From: an uncultured Acidobacteriota bacterium
GTDB taxonomy: Bacteria; Acidobacteriota; Thermoanaerobaculia; Gp7-AA8
Direction: 5' to 3'
Assembly: GCA_963822445.1 (NCBI GenBank)
Contig: CAWGHO010000003.1
Coordinates: 96,001-160,000, forward strand
DNA length: 64,000 bases
Within the stretch, counting starts at the first letter, position 1. Each line of letters begins with the position of its first letter. The notes below the pieces were generated by a model. That model searched no databases, was not told the DNA's origin, and was given only the letters and a program-made list of their open reading frames with translations. Positions 45,377-55,229 of the stretch are shown here, piece after piece. A program made the translations under genes and the position numbers.

Positions 45377-45559
45377 ATGAGCGCCATGGAGAAGCCGAAG
45401 TACGGGAAGCAGCGGTCGGCCAGCGGGGCGTTCTCCGTCGCCAGGCACCTCACCAAACCCGAGGTCCCGAAATCGGCCGTGCCCACCCCCACCCGGCCCA
45501 AGCCCCAGGTCGGGAAGCCCAATCCGGGTGGCCGCGTTAAGACCGGCCGCAATGAATGA
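45377..45559 (+). CDS. Small basic Pro/Lys-rich hypothetical protein
   Basis: 60-aa ORF with host-like codon usage; overlaps the start of the next gene. Confidence 0.4.
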   Translation: MSAMEKPKYGKQRSASGAFSVARHLTKPEVPKSAVPTPTRPKPQVGKPNPGGRVKTGRNE

Positions 45560-45833
45560 GCAGGACCCCCAGCACCCGGCCATTCGCGGTCTCAAGACCG
45601 TCTGCCGGTGCAACAACATCAAATACAGGACCATCGAGCGCGCCATCCGCGAGGGGGCTCACACCCTCACGCAGGTCGCCAACCGCACCACCGCCACCCT
45701 GGGCGAATGCGGCGGAACCTGCACGCCCGACGTTCAGGCCATGCTCGACGAGCTCGCACCGAAATACGCAACCGCGGCCACCGCGACCAAGCCGGCCGCA
45801 CAACCCGATGCCTGGTGGGTGAGGAAGAAATGA
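45552..45833 (+). CDS. BFD-like [2Fe-2S]-binding protein
   Basis: VCRCNNI...AIREGA...ECGGTC. Confidence 0.85.
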   Translation: MNEQDPQHPAIRGLKTVCRCNNIKYRTIERAIREGAHTLTQVANRTTATLGECGGTCTPDVQAMLDELAPKYATAATATKPAAQPDAWWVRKK

Positions 45834-46165
45834 CGAAGAAGCTGGACATCTACCTCAAACCGTCCTGAACGTCCTGCCGCAAAGCGGTGGCCGACCTGGA
45901 AGGTCGGGGATTCGAACTGACGCGACACGATCTGGCGAAGGAAAAGCCCACCCGCGAGCTCCTCGGACGCCTCATCGACGAACATGGACTCGACAAGGTC
46001 CTCAACACCCGCAGCCCGGCCTTCAAGGCCCTCGAAGGGCGGAAGCTGTCCAAATCCGAGGCCCTCGATCTGATGATGAAAGACGCGAACCTGATCAAGC
46101 GCCCGCTCGTTCTCGGCAAGAAGACAGTCTTCGGCTACAAACCGGAGGAGTACGACAAGCTGTGA
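45830..46165 (+). CDS. ArsC/Spx family protein, probable selenoprotein (U13-T-S-C)
   Basis: MTKKLDIYLKPS-TGA-TSCRKA continues in frame into the ArsC fold (LIKRPLV); matches the Spx motif SPSCTSCRKA; hairpin downstream of the TGA. Confidence 0.85.
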
Positions 46166-46431
46166 TGATGACCCCGTCGGCGATGGCCATCGCCTGCATC
46201 ACGGTGATGCTCTGGCTGATCTGGAGCGACTCCACCCGCGCGCATCGTCCGGCGCCGATCCTCTACGCCATCCGCGTCGCTCTCTTCGTCATCGTCAGCG
46301 GAGTAATGGTCGTGAACATGGTCCGTTACCCCCAGCACTTTGCCTACGGCGCGCGGCCGCTGGCCGTCGCGGTGGTGGCCGTGGGAGTTTTCGGCGCGTA
46401 CTACTTCGCACGCAAACTGGCGCGCAGGTAG
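46162..46431 (+). CDS. Small three-TM membrane protein
   Basis: Three hydrophobic segments; overlaps the arsC-like stop. Confidence 0.65.
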   Translation: MMMTPSAMAIACITVMLWLIWSDSTRAHRPAPILYAIRVALFVIVSGVMVVNMVRYPQHFAYGARPLAVAVVAVGVFGAYYFARKLARR

Positions 46432-46437
46432 AAGTAA

Positions 46438-46646
46438 GGGGACCTATCGGAGTCATGAACTCCGGAAATGTAGACATTCCACCCAAAAGGCATTATGATG
46501 CTCCACGGGTTCGGTGAGGGTTGGCAGCTCTCCGAAGCGGATCTGACGAAGTCGCGGGGCCTGCGAATCTCTCTCTCTCGATTTAACCCACGGCTGACCA
46601 CACACGGCCTCCCACTTGGCCGTTAGCGTCGACTCTGGCCGGACCC
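46438..46646 (+). ncRNA. Candidate structured ncRNA (~210 nt, possibly 6S-like)
   Basis: No credible ORF; 5' GGGACCTATCGGAGTC pairs with 3' GACTCTGGCCGGACCC using G-U pairs; followed by a T tract. Confidence 0.4.
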
Positions 46647-46695
46647 AGTTTTTGCTTAGACTCGAGCCGCCGACCTTGGCGGCTCGCAGTCTTTG

Positions 46696-47373
46696 ATGGC
46701 CACTATTTCTCTCATCATCCCCGCGCTCGACGAGGAACACGCCATCGGCGCGCTCCTGGGCGCCGTCGACCGCACGCTCATCCGCGACGTCATCGTCGGG
46801 GACAACGGCAGCCGCGATGCGACGGCCGAGGTGGCGCGGGCGGGCGGGGCGGAGGTGGTCGGCGTCGCCGAACGCGGTTACGGCGCGGCCTGCGCCGGTG
46901 CACTTTCCCGCCTCCGCGATGACATCGACGTCGTCGTTTTCATGGACGCCGACGGTTCCGACGATCCGGCGGAAATCCCATTGCTCCTCGCGCCGATTCT
47001 GGAAAATCGCGCCGATCTGGTGATCGGCTCCCGCGCCCTGGGCACCGTCGAGCCGGGAGCGCTCACGCCGCAGCAGCGCTTCGGAAACTGGCTGGCCACG
47101 CGCCTCATCGAGTCGATCTACGGCCATCGCTACACCGACCTCGGACCGTTCCGCGCCATCCGCCGCGAGCTCCTCGATCGCATCGACATGCAGGACCGCC
47201 GCTACGGATGGACGGTGGAGATGCAGGTTCGCGCGCTGCAACTCGGCGCGCGGGTGGCCGAGGTTCCGGTTCGGTATCGGAAGCGGGTCGGACGGTCGAA
47301 GATCAGTGGAACGGTGAGCGGCGTGATGAAGGCCGGCTGGTGGATTCTCTATACGATCTTCAAGTACCGCTGA
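46696..47373 (+). CDS. GT2 family glycosyltransferase (polyprenol-phosphate glycosyltransferase-like)
   Basis: IIPALDEE, DNGSRD, GYGAA, FMDADGSD, GSR, YRKRVGRSKI. Confidence 0.92.
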   Translation: MATISLIIPALDEEHAIGALLGAVDRTLIRDVIVGDNGSRDATAEVARAGGAEVVGVAERGYGAACAGALSRLRDDIDVVVFMDADGSDDPAEIPLLLAPILENRADLVIGSRALGTVEPGALTPQQRFGNWLATRLIESIYGHRYTDLGPFRAIRRELLDRIDMQDRRYGWTVEMQVRALQLGARVAEVPVRYRKRVGRSKISGTVSGVMKAGWWILYTIFKYR

Positions 47374-49637
47374 TGCCCTTCCTCCTCTACACGATCTCCG
47401 CCGCCGCGCTGCTCTGGCTCGCGCACCGTTTCGTCCGGCCGCTCTCGCGATGGGCGGCGCTGGTGCTTTTTCTTCTGCCGATGGTCTTCGCCGGATACGC
47501 GCTGATGACCTCGCGGGTCATGGCACCAGTCGATCTCGCCTATCAAACCGTTCCGCTGAGCTGGATGAAGCCCGACCTCGGCATCGAGGAAATCAGCCCC
47601 GGCTTCCACAGCGACGTCTACACGGAGTTCGTTCCCTGGCGCGAAGCGGTGCGCTGGTCGCTGGCGCGCGGCGAATGGGGACTGCGCGATCCGTTCGCGC
47701 TCTCCGGCGACATCCTCCTGGCCGCGCAGCAGACCGCGATTTACTGGCCGCTGACGCTCGTCGCGCTGCTGCTGCCAGCGGCGGTCAGTTTCACCTACAC
47801 CGCGGCGATGACTTTGTTCATCGCGGGACTGTGCGCGTTCCTGCTCGCGCGCGAGCTCGATTGCGGTGAAGCGGCGTCGTTGATCGCTGGCGCGGGATGG
47901 GCGTTTGCCACAGCCATGCTTTCCTTCGCGCTGGTGACGATGTCGGCGACGTGGGCGTGGTGTCCGTTGTTGTTGGTTGCCGTCCGACACGTCGTTCGTG
48001 ATCGCAACATCGTTCTTCTCACCTTCTCCTTCACCGCCCTCCTGTACTCCGGTCACCCCGAGTCCGCCGTTCTGGCGATTCTCCTCGGACTGCTTTACGC
48101 GGCATTCGAGCTCGCGCGCAACCGCGCGAAGGCACCACGCGCCATCGCCGCGGCGCTGGCGGCGGCGGTGATCGCGCTGCTGCTCTCCGCGATTCACCTC
48201 CTGCCGTTTCTCGAGGCCTTGCCGCAGTCGACGGAACACGTCGCGCGGAACGCCATCGCCGCGCCACAGCCCGCACAATCGAACGAAGTCCTCGCGCGAG
48301 TGTCCACGTCCTTCGTTCCCTATCTTCATGGACGGAAGTGGCAGGCAGATTTCGAATGGTTCGACACGGGAGCCGCCGGCAGCATCATCCTCGCGCTGGC
48401 GATCTACGCGGTGATCCGCGTTCGATCCGCGACGACCTGGTTCTTCGCCGCGCTCGCGCTTTTCTCCCTTCTCCTTCACGCGAGATGGCCGCTGCTCGTG
48501 GCGGTGATGCAGAAGACGCCGGTCCTGAGCATCGCCCTGACCGACCGGCTCTCGTTCGGCTTCGCGCTCTGCCTTTGCGTGCTCGCGGCGATCGGCGCGG
48601 AGCGCATCAGCCGTTCAGCCGCGCTGGTGATGTTCGGAACATTGATCGTGCTGTCGGCGATGAGCTGGTGGGCGCTGCACAGGGCCGCGGTCATTCACAG
48701 CCCGCAGCGATTCGGCCATTACGCGACCGCGGCGGAATTGATCGGGCTGACGCTGGCCATGATCGCCGTGGCCTGGAACAAACGCTGGACGCCGGCGCTG
48801 CTGCTCGGCCTGGTCATCGCTCAACGCGCCGTCGCCGAGCACGGGATCTACAAGACGTTCGACACGCGGCAGGCCTATCCGCCGATTCCGATCCTCGAGC
48901 CGCTGAAGAATGCGCCGAAACCGTTTCGCATCACCGGCCATGGCAACGCGTTGATTCCGCAGACGGCATCGATGTACGCGCTCGAAGACGTCCGCGGATT
49001 TCCGGCGCTCACCTTTCAGCGTTACGCGGAAACGTTTCCGCTGTGGTGCACGCCGCAGCCCGTTTTCTACAACCGCGTCGACGATCTGACCCGCCCGTTC
49101 CTCTCCTTTCTGAACGTGCGGTACGCGATCACCTGGGACCGCGATCCGCCGCCGCCCGGCTGGCGCGAGGTCGCGCGACAGAAGGGCTCGATGCTGATCG
49201 AGAACACCCGCGCGCTCGATCGCGCGTTCATTCCGCCGCTCGTGCGATTCGGACCGCTGACGGAAATGCTGCAGGAGACCGACTTCGCGCAGCGCGCCTG
49301 GATCGAAGCCGATCTGCCACGCGGCGAGCGCACGAATGGCCCCGGACGCGTAACCGTCCGCGACGCTCGTCTCGGCTACGTCATCGACGCGGAGATGGAA
49401 GGCGACGGCTGGATCGTCACGTCGATCGCGGCCTGGAAAGGCTGGCGTGCGTACATCGACGGCCGCCGCGTGCAGACCCAATTCGCGAATCACGCGTTTC
49501 TCGGCGTGCACGTGCCGCGAGGCAAGCATCGCGTGGAGCTTCGTTACTGGCCGGAGAGCTTCGTGTGGGGAAGGGCGATCACGGCGGCGACACTCCTCGC
49601 CGCCGCGATCGCGCTGGTTCTACTTCATCGACGCTAG
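47373..49637 (+). CDS. YfhO-like multi-TM (GT-C type) membrane protein
   Basis: Many TM helices; C-terminal GWRAYIDG...ANHAFLGVHVPRGKHRVELRY YfhO motif. Confidence 0.8.
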   Translation: MPFLLYTISAAALLWLAHRFVRPLSRWAALVLFLLPMVFAGYALMTSRVMAPVDLAYQTVPLSWMKPDLGIEEISPGFHSDVYTEFVPWREAVRWSLARGEWGLRDPFALSGDILLAAQQTAIYWPLTLVALLLPAAVSFTYTAAMTLFIAGLCAFLLARELDCGEAASLIAGAGWAFATAMLSFALVTMSATWAWCPLLLVAVRHVVRDRNIVLLTFSFTALLYSGHPESAVLAILLGLLYAAFELARNRAKAPRAIAAALAAAVIALLLSAIHLLPFLEALPQSTEHVARNAIAAPQPAQSNEVLARVSTSFVPYLHGRKWQADFEWFDTGAAGSIILALAIYAVIRVRSATTWFFAALALFSLLLHARWPLLVAVMQKTPVLSIALTDRLSFGFALCLCVLAAIGAERISRSAALVMFGTLIVLSAMSWWALHRAAVIHSPQRFGHYATAAELIGLTLAMIAVAWNKRWTPALLLGLVIAQRAVAEHGIYKTFDTRQAYPPIPILEPLKNAPKPFRITGHGNALIPQTASMYALEDVRGFPALTFQRYAETFPLWCTPQPVFYNRVDDLTRPFLSFLNVRYAITWDRDPPPPGWREVARQKGSMLIENTRALDRAFIPPLVRFGPLTEMLQETDFAQRAWIEADLPRGERTNGPGRVTVRDARLGYVIDAEMEGDGWIVTSIAAWKGWRAYIDGRRVQTQFANHAFLGVHVPRGKHRVELRYWPESFVWGRAITAATLLAAAIALVLLHRR

Positions 49638-50900
49638 CCGCTTTTCCAGCGCCGCGATGCGGCCGGCGCTGCGCTGCCCTTCCGGAAGCGCCTTCGCGTA
49701 CTCGACGGCCTGAGCGATCGTCTCGCGGGCCGCTTTCGTATCGCCCTTCGCGAGGTAGATGTCCGCGCGCACGGTGAGCACGGACAATCGCCGCGGTCCT
49801 TCGACGAGCATCAGAGCGCGATCGGACTCGGCGAGCGCCTTGTCGTACTCCTTCAAAGCCTTGTACGCGAGCGCGAGACGCGCCGGCGGGTTGTAGTCAT
49901 CCGGGAAATCGCGCTGCGATTGCTCGAGCATCGGAATCGCCTTTTCGGGTGTGCCGAGGTCGAGGTAGGCGGAGACGCGGTGGGAGTCGTAGACCGTGCG
50001 CTGCTCGGGCGTCTTCGCGCGCGCTGCCGCTCCTTCGAGAAACGCCGCCCATTCCTCCCGCAGTTTCCGGCCCGCCGTCTCATCGTCGGCACCGATCAGA
50101 GAGATGTAGAGGCCGGAGCGATCGTCGTCGGAAAGCACGATCTTCGGATCGTCGAAGACCTCGCGGGTCGCCTTCTTCAGCGTCGCGACGGCGTCGGGAA
50201 GTTTCGCCGATTGGGCGCAGGACAGGCCGACCGCGGCCACGTTCGCGGCGGAGACCGTCCCCTTCACCTTTGGATAGAGCCTCAGCGCTTCCTCCGCGCA
50301 GGCAACGTCGGCGTTATTCATCGACAGCGAGAAGATCAGCGACTCGGCCGCCCGGCCGAACTTCGGCCAGTTCTTCGGCGCCGCCGCCATCGCCTCGTGA
50401 ATGCTCTTTGCGGCCGCGCTGTGCCGTCCCTGCGATGAGGAGTCGTCAGCGCGTGCGAGAAAGCGATCCGCGGCCGACAGCGCGCGATTGCGATACGTCT
50501 TCTCCGCGTCGTCGAGCATCGAGCGGACCTGGGAGATGTTCGCGCCGCCGACGTAGCGCAGCGCGACGGTGTCGCGTTTCGCGTCGACGACGATCAGCGT
50601 CGGCAGCGCCGGAATCGGATACTTCTCGAGAAACGCGGCGTTGGCCTTGTTCTCGGTGTTGATGCTGAGCCAGACGAACCGTCCGGCGTACCGCTCGAGG
50701 GATTTGTCCGTGTAGACATAAGCCCTCATCGAGCGGCAGGTGTGTCACCACGGCGCCCACGCCTCGACGAAGATCGGAACGTTCTTCGCCTTCGCGCGGG
50801 CCACCGCTTTCGCGTAATCGTCTTCGATGAAGGGGAGGGTGTCGGCGGCAAACGCGGCGCTGCTGACGAGCAGCGCTGCGATCAACACGAGCTTTTTCAT
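49620..50900 (-). CDS. Exported thioredoxin-fold plus TPR protein, probable selenoprotein (W-U52-H-T-C)
   Basis: Signal peptide; FVEAWAPW-TGA-HTCRSM joins ORFs 50745..50933 and 49620..50729 in frame; cis-Pro motif ALPT; TPR-like helices. Confidence 0.85.
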
Positions 50901-53003
50901 TGCGGCCCCGGGGTCACCCAACGCTTCAACCACTCATCGACCTCGCGATAAAACACCCGTGAGTTCTCAGCGTTGAGAATCCAGTGGTTCTCGTCCGGCC
51001 ATACCAGCAGACGGCTCGGCACGCGCAGCCGCTGCAGGACGGACCACATCTCCAGCGTGTTGTTGAGCGGAACGCGGTAGTCCTTCTCGCCGACCGACAG
51101 AAGCATCGGCGTCTTGAACTGCGCCGCGTAGCGAATCGGGTTCTGCGTGCGCCAGACCTCGTTCTGTTCCCAGACCGGGCCGCCCGCGCCGAGCTCGCGG
51201 TGATAGATGACGTCCGAGGTTGCCCCATTGGGATTCGAGGTTCACGAGGCCCGCGTGGCTGATGAGAGCCTTGAAGCGCGTGCCCGACCAGGCCTCGAGG
51301 GCGTTCGCCAGATGCCCGCCGTAGCTCGCGCCGCCCGCGACCTGCCTCGACGCGTCGATGAACGGATACTTTTTGATCGCCTCGTCCGCCGCCTCCATCA
51401 GCTCGTCGGCGGGTCCGCGCAACGGATCGCCCATGATCGCGTTCGCGAAGTCATCGCCGAAACCGGTCGAGCCGGTGTAGTTCGTCAGCAGCATCACGTA
51501 ACCCGGTTTCGCCAGCAGGTGGTAGTTCCAGCGACGCGTGATCTGGTCGCTCCACATGTTGTGCGCGCCGCCGTGGATCAGCACGAACAGCGGGTATTTC
51601 TTCGAGGGATCGAAGTTCGCCGGCGTGATGAGTAGGTTGTGAATCTTCCGGCCGCGCTTCGACGTGAACCAGAAGTGCTGGGGCGGCGACCAGTCGATCG
51701 ACCGCGCCACCTCGACCGTGAATTCGGTGAGGTTGCGATGCTTCCGCGTCGCTGGATCGATGCGAACCACTTCCGGGAAGTCGACGGACGAGCCCCACTG
51801 TCCCACGAACACCGGCGCGTTCGCGGCGAAGTCGAGACCGGAGTACGACGCCGCGCTCCTGATCGATGGCCACCGCCGCCGCGCCGCCCTTCGACGGCAC
51901 GCTGTACAGCTTCACCAGCCCCGAATCTTCGGCGGTGAAGTAGATGGTCTTGCCATCGTTCGAGACGGCAAAGTCCCCAACCGAGCGATCGGTGTTCGCA
52001 ACGGTCCGTTCGTTCTTCATCGACGGCCATTCGAACGCCACCAGGCGCTCGGAGTTGTAGGTCTTGCCGTTGTTCGGACTGAACGTCGCGTAAAGAGTCT
52101 TGCCGTCGGGACTGAAGGTCGGGCTGCTGTAACTCCCGTTTGCAGCGGTGATTTTCTCCGGCTCGCTGCCAGTCGCGCTGACGCGATAAAGGTCGTACGC
52201 GACCTCGGAGTACGCGGACGTATGCCGTCCCGTGGTGGCGGCAAAGACCAGCCACTGACCGTCCGGCGTCCATTCGCCGCGAATCGTTTCGCCGCCCTCG
52301 CCGCCGCCGCCCGTTCCCGCGAATCCCGCCGCGGCCACGAGTTGCGTTCCGGCCAGCACGTCCTTCGGCTTCGAGACGGCATCGAGCGACTGCACGATGA
52401 TGTGCGGCTGCTTCGGCTCCATCCAGCGATCCCAGGCCCGGATCGGGAAGGCCTCGTACACGCGAACTTTGAACTTGCGGTCCTTTTCTTCCTTCGCCAG
52501 CTTTCTTGTTCGCCTCGTCGTCCGCGGCGCCGGGAAACACGACGCTGGTGAAGGCGATGGCGTTGCCGTCGGGCCTGAACTTCGGCGCGCGAGCGCCGGT
52601 GGAGAGGTTCGTGACGCGCTGGGCTTCGCCGCCGGTCAGATCGAGAACGTAGATCTGATTCTGTTCGTCGCCGTCGCGCTTCGCGGAGAAGGCGATGCGG
52701 CGGCTGTCGGGCGGACCAGGTCGCGTCACTCTCGCCGGCTTTCGTCGCGGTGAGCTTGCGCGGCTTCGCGCTGCCATCGGAGGGAGCGATCCAGAGGTCG
52801 GTCGTCTGTTCCTTCTCGTCGTAACTGGGATCGGTGACCGAAAAAACGACCCATTTGCCATCGGGACTGATCGACGGCGCGCTGACGCGCCTGGTCATCC
52901 AGAGCGTCTCGTGGGTGATGGGCTGCTTGTCCGCGGCGACCGCGCCGATCGCGATGAAAGCGACGAGCGCGAGGACGGCGGGTCGGAGGAGGGTCTTGGG
53001 CAT
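50897..53003 (-). CDS. S9 family peptidase (beta-propeller plus alpha/beta hydrolase); four apparent +1 frameshifts
   Basis: PD40-like SPDG repeats, IHGG, GASYGG, KDYRV, ENHW across frames; single extra bases near 52714, 52503, 51847 and 51221. Confidence 0.85.
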
Positions 53004-53020
53004 TTACGTCTCCTTTGTTG

Positions 53021-53112
53021 AAGTCTCAAAGTCGCAAAGTCGCAGAGTCTCAGAGATGCGGGCCGCGGACGCGACCTCTTTGAGACTCTGCGACTCTGAG
53101 ACTCTGAGACTT
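53021..53112. repeat. Inverted array of 8-bp tandem repeats (RAGTCKCA)x4...(TGMGACTY)x4
   Basis: Directly visible; overlaps the 3' end of the vanZ-like gene. Confidence 0.8.
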
Positions 53113-53466
53113 TATCGCGGCCAGGGCGAGGAACGCCCCGAACAAATCGATCACGACATCAACCGCCGACCCGGTTCTCCGAAGAGATTGACTCTGCATC
53201 GACTCATCCACCGCCGCCACTCCCAGCACGATCGCGAGGATCACCAACCACCGCCGGTCCGCGCGCCAGGCGAGGCCGGCGAGGATTCCGTACGCCACCA
53301 CGTGCGCGAGTTTGCGTAGCGCGACGTGCAGCCAGCGGGGGACTTCGACGCCGAAGATCGTCTGCAGCAGGCTGCCGCTCGACTCGGCAGAGAAGAGGTC
53401 GGTCGCTGCAAAAAGGATGAGGGCGGCCCAGACGACGACGGGACCCCACAGTTTCAGAATGTGCAC
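53050..53466 (-). CDS. VanZ family membrane protein
   Basis: RKLAHVVAYGIL, DESMQ...RTGSAVDVVID; GTG start inferred. Confidence 0.85.
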   Translation of the reverse strand: MHILKLWGPVVVWAALILFAATDLFSAESSGSLLQTIFGVEVPRWLHVALRKLAHVVAYGILAGLAWRADRRWLVILAIVLGVAAVDESMQSQSLRRTGSAVDVVIDLFGAFLALAAIKSQSLRVAESQRGRVRGPHL

Positions 53467-53494
53467 TCGCCGCGTACAATAACTGCTTCGCAAA

Positions 53495-55114
53495 ATGGAA
53501 ACACGCCCGATCCGCCTCACGGTTCATCAGCCGAACCTCTCTCCGATCAAGCTCAACGCTGAAGGTCCGACCATCACCCTCGGCCGCGCGACGGACTGCA
53601 CGGTTCCCATCAAGGACCGTTACCTCTCCCGCAAACACGCCGAGATCATCTACGCCTCGGGTCAGTGGGCGGTGCGCGACTGCGGCAGCGTCAACGGCAC
53701 GCTGCTCAACGGCACCAGGCTGACAATGGTCACCCCGCTCCGTCCGGGCGACCGCATCGTCCTCGGCGACAGCGAAGTCATTTTCGAGCCCGAAGCGGAC
53801 ACCTCCCAGTCCCAGCTCATCGCTCTCGACAGCAACTCCCACGCGAAGAACCTGGCCATCCCCATCCGCGATGCGGTGGCCGACAACAACGCGCGCACGA
53901 ACGTGATGGCCTCGCTGGCCCTCGAGTTCATCGAAGACCGGCCGATGCACGAGCTGTTCGACTTCATCCTCGACCGCGTCGTCGATCTCTTGCATCCCTC
54001 GCGGACCGCGCTGGCACTGCTCGGCAGCGACAGCAAGACCTTCAGCACCGTTCACCTGCGCCGCAGCGACGCCTCCGACTCGCTCGACCTCTTCATCTCC
54101 CGCACGCTCCTCGGCGAAGTCATCGAAGAGCGCAACGTCGTGTCGTTCGTCGACACCTCGCAGGATGAGAAGCTCGCCCGCGCCGAATCGATCGTCGCGC
54201 AGAACATCCGCTCGGCCGTCTGCGCGCCGCTGCTCGTCGGCGATCAGGTTCTCGGCGTTCTGTATCTCGACTTCCTCGCCAACCGCGGCGCTGTCACGCA
54301 CGAGGACGTCCGGCTCGTCGCGCAGATCGCGCGGTTCGCCGCGGTCAAGCTGGAGACGACGCGGCTGCGGGAAGAATCGATTGCCAAGGCCAAGCTCGAT
54401 GAAGAGCTGCGCACGGCGTACGTGATTCAGAGCAAGCTCCTGCCGGCGCAACTGCCGGAGATTCCCGGCTACTCATTCGCCGGCACGAACAAGCCCTGCC
54501 GCACGGTCAGCGGCGATTACTACGACGTGGTGCTCAGGCCTGACGGGCGGCTGTACTTCATCATCGCCGACGTCAGCGGCAAGGGCATCACCGCCGCGCT
54601 GGTGATGGCCAGCGTGGCCACGGCCTTCAACATCTTCACGCGCACCGATCCCACGCCCGCGGATCTCGTCCGGGAGATGAACGTCACCCTCGCGCCGAAA
54701 ACCGCGCCGACGAAGTTCGTGACGCTCGTCGCGGGTGTGCTCGATCCGAAGACCGGCCACATCGAATACGCGAACGCCGGTCACGTGCCGCCGCTGCTGA
54801 TCTCGAACTGCGGCGTGACGCAGATGAACATGACCGACATGGTCGTCGGCCTGTTCGCCAATGCGAAATACCGCAACCAGACGATGCAGCTGGGGCAGGG
54901 CGATTCGCTGGTGCTCTTTACTGACGGGGTGACCGAGGCGGAGAACGAGAGCGAAGATCAGCTCGGGCTGGCGCCGGTCGCGGCGATGGTGGAGAAGCTC
55001 CACGGAAACTGCGCCGCGGAGATCCTCACCGCCATCGACGCGCACGTGCAGACGTTCTGCGGCAACGCGCCGAGTACGGATGACGTGACGATGATGGCGT
55101 TGACGCGGTTGTAG
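53495..55114 (+). CDS. FHA-GAF-PP2C (SpoIIE) phosphatase
   Basis: LGR...SRKHA...GSVNGT (FHA); GAF; SGDYYD, ADVSGKG, FTDGVTE, DDVT. Confidence 0.92.
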   Translation: METRPIRLTVHQPNLSPIKLNAEGPTITLGRATDCTVPIKDRYLSRKHAEIIYASGQWAVRDCGSVNGTLLNGTRLTMVTPLRPGDRIVLGDSEVIFEPEADTSQSQLIALDSNSHAKNLAIPIRDAVADNNARTNVMASLALEFIEDRPMHELFDFILDRVVDLLHPSRTALALLGSDSKTFSTVHLRRSDASDSLDLFISRTLLGEVIEERNVVSFVDTSQDEKLARAESIVAQNIRSAVCAPLLVGDQVLGVLYLDFLANRGAVTHEDVRLVAQIARFAAVKLETTRLREESIAKAKLDEELRTAYVIQSKLLPAQLPEIPGYSFAGTNKPCRTVSGDYYDVVLRPDGRLYFIIADVSGKGITAALVMASVATAFNIFTRTDPTPADLVREMNVTLAPKTAPTKFVTLVAGVLDPKTGHIEYANAGHVPPLLISNCGVTQMNMTDMVVGLFANAKYRNQTMQLGQGDSLVLFTDGVTEAENESEDQLGLAPVAAMVEKLHGNCAAEILTAIDAHVQTFCGNAPSTDDVTMMALTRL

Positions 55115-55124
55115 GGGCGCCCCT

Positions 55125-55226
55125 CGTACGGCGAGCGTCCCGCTCGCTTTGCGCCGGGCGCCGCGCCCGGCGCTCGACCGCCGGGCAGGATGCCCGTCAG
55201 GATGCGGGCGGGCCGCCCGCCGTACG
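55125..55226. repeat. REP-like palindrome between convergent genes
   Basis: CGTACGGCGAGCGTCCCGCTCGC...GCGGGCGGGCCGCCCGCCGTACG. Confidence 0.6.
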
Positions 55227-55229
55227 TGT

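Noticed and set aside
46520-46550. SRP RNA helix-8-like sequence on the minus strand (GTCAGATCCGCTTCGGAGAGCTGC)
   Set aside because: Lacks the GNRA tetraloop and the exact AGCAG motif, and G-U pairing favours the plus strand.
45866-50747. The two in-frame TGA codons as sequencing errors or nonsense mutations
   Set aside because: The other defects in the window are indels. Both TGAs hit the same functional position (first Cys of CxxC), have downstream hairpins, and tRNA-Sec is present.
50897-53003. S9 peptidase as a pseudogene or programmed-frameshift gene
   Set aside because: Four single-base insertions with intact catalytic motifs and no other decay; similar indels in pilD and the PilP-like gene point to sequencing error.
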